Positions 34,811 through 36,676 of a DNA stretch of 36,676 nucleotides are shown here, piece after piece (the first letter of the stretch is position 1; the number at the start of each line of letters is the position of its first letter). The DNA is from Chiloscyllium plagiosum (Eukaryota): assembly GCF_004010195.1 (NCBI RefSeq), contig NC_057719.1, forward strand, positions 422,288 through 458,963. Direction: 5' to 3'. The notes under the pieces were generated by a model. The model was not told the origin of the DNA. It saw only the letters and a list, made by a program, of their open reading frames with translations, and ran no database searches. A program made the position numbers and the translations under genes.

Positions 34811-35069
34811 ATTGACAAAGGTTACATGGTCACCAGTAGGCTAGTTTTTTAATCCAGATTTCTGTTAAATTCAAATTTCACCTCTGGCCTTGGAGGGTCT
34901 CGAAAGATCTGGACTGCCAGTCCGGTGACAATACCGCTACACCACCACCTCTTCCTGGTTCTAGAAACCCCCCTACCCGGAAGAACATCCTTTCGGTATC
35001 CACTCTGTCTCACTCTTTAAGAGATCACATCTCGTTCTTCTAAACTCCAGAGAGTAAGTGCCCAGGTCT

Positions 35070-35550
35070 TCACACCCTCTCTTCACAGGACAGGGGCACC
35101 ATTCTGGGAATAAATGCCCAAGTCTCCACACCCTTTCTTCACAGGACAGGGGCACCATTCTGGGAATAAATGCCCAGTTTCCACACCCTCTCTTCACAGG
35201 ACAGGGGCACCATTCTGGGAATAAATGCCCAGTCTCCACACCTTCTCTTCACAGGACAGGGGCACCATTCTGGGAATAAATGCCCAGTTTCCACACCCTC
35301 TCTTCACAGGACAGGGGCACCATTCTGGGAATAAATGCCCAAGTCTCCACATCCTTTCTTCACAGCACAGGGGCACCATTCTGGGAATAAATGCCCAGTC
35401 TCCACACCCTTTCTTCACAGGACAGGGGCACCGTTCTGGGAATAAATGCCCAGTTTCCACACCCTCTCTTCACAGGACAGGGGCACCATTCTGGGAATAA
35501 ATGCCCAGTCTCCACACCCTCTCTTCACAGGACAGATGCACCATTCTGGG
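35070..35550. repeat. 55/56-bp tandem repeat, about 8.5 copies, derived from the CR1 ORF2 end
   Basis: attctggg recurs at 35101, 35157, 35212, 35267, 35322 and 35378; reverse complement encodes RMVPLSCEERVWRLG. Confidence 0.9.
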
Positions 35551-35551
35551 A

Positions 35552-35800
35552 GTTGGAAAATGTGTTGCTGGAAAAACACAGCAGGCCAGGCAGAACATAG
35601 AACATAGAACATAGTACACACAGAACAGGCCCTTCGGCCCACGATGTTGTGCCGAACATTTGTCCTAGCTTAAGCACCTATCCATGTACCTATCCAATTG
35701 CCACTTAAAGGTCACCAATGATTCTGACAATGATTCTGGCAGCATCCGAGGAGCAGGAGAATCGACGTTTCGGGCATAAGCCCTTCTTCAGGAATCATTC
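35552..35800 (-). mobile_element. Penelope pLTR module with intact hammerhead core (about 35764-35791), split by a nested CR1 3' end (35594-35737, ggcag duplicated)
   Basis: Reverse complement CTGAAGA-a-gggc-ttat-gccc-GAAACGTC; ggcag at 35589-35593 and 35738-35742. Confidence 0.78.
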
Positions 35801-36466
35801 CAGGAGTAAGTCTGCTGAAACTCCACAGCACTCCCTCTTGCAAATATCTCCTCCTTTAGATAAGGCCACCAAAGCCCACATTTGCAATTTCACTTCTTAA
35901 AGAAAGAGGGAGAGTGTAATTGGGGACCGACTGTCCTGTTAGCCTGATGTCAACAGTAAGGAAAATTTAAGACAAATGATGTGATTACTGGAGATTTAGA
36001 AAATGATTGTCTGATTTGGCAGATTAATTATGGATTTACAAAAGGAAAATCATGTCACGATATTCAAAGGCTTCACATGAAATTTTCACAGCTGTTTTTA
36101 AACAAAACGTTTGGAGACCGTCACTGCTAAAAACAAGGAGAAAAACCGAAGAACTGATGATGCTGAAAATCAGAAACAGAAACAGAAATTGATGGAGAGA
36201 TTCAGCAGGTCTGGCAGCATCTTGTGCAAGGTGACTGGACTGATACATTATTTACGCTTTCTCTCTCCACGGAGGCTGCCAGACTTGCTGAATTTCTCCA
36301 GCTATTTCATATTTGGGCAGGAATATGGAGGCTCCACATCTTCTTCTTCAGGCAATATCCTCAATTATACACGGGCCACCGGACCATGCCCCACACAGTG
36401 ACATGACCACGGGGCAGGACAAACAGCCAGAACCTAGAACAGGCTCAGCTAGAAGAGGCACCAGAG

Positions 36467-36676
36467 CCCTGACAGTGCGGCACTCCCTCAGCACTGACCC
36501 TCCAACAGTGCGGCACTCCCTCAGCACTGACCCTCCGACAGTGCGGCACTCCCTCAGCACTGACCCTCCGACAGTGCGGCACTCCCTCAGTACTGACCCT
36601 CTGACAGTGCGGCATTCCCTCAGCACTGACCCTCTGACAGTGCGGCACTCCCTCAGCACTGACCCTCTGACAGTGC
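36467..36676. repeat. 33-bp minisatellite running off the window end
   Basis: (cactccctcagcactgaccctccgacagtgcgg)n. Confidence 0.93.

Overview
This is vertebrate genomic DNA, almost certainly from a shark (HE1-type SINEs, CR1/HER1 LINEs, Penelope-like elements and Deu-type SINEs; the repeat style suggests a carpet/bamboo shark, which is inference). A 500-N scaffold gap (15820-16319) splits it. Left of the gap lie the convergent terminal exons of SAMD15 (+, 999-1172) and NOXRED1 (-, 5628-5793), the same tail-to-tail arrangement I recall for human 14q24. Right of the gap are six phase-compatible internal exons of a nesprin-2 (SYNE2)-like spectrin-repeat gene on the minus strand (33551 down to 17745). 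Neither gene continues across the gap and their splice phases are incompatible, so a scaffolding misjoin or hidden rearrangement is likely. Most of the remainder is transposon-derived or tandem repeat. The most notable non-coding signal is a set of short Penelope-derived modules carrying minimal hammerhead-ribozyme cores (CTGANGA...GAAACGTC or GAAAGCTA). Several are inserted as inverted pairs with target-site duplications, including a near-perfect 86-bp-arm hairpin at 27148-27324. Gene identities come from recalled human protein sequences, not database searches; repeat boundaries are approximate.
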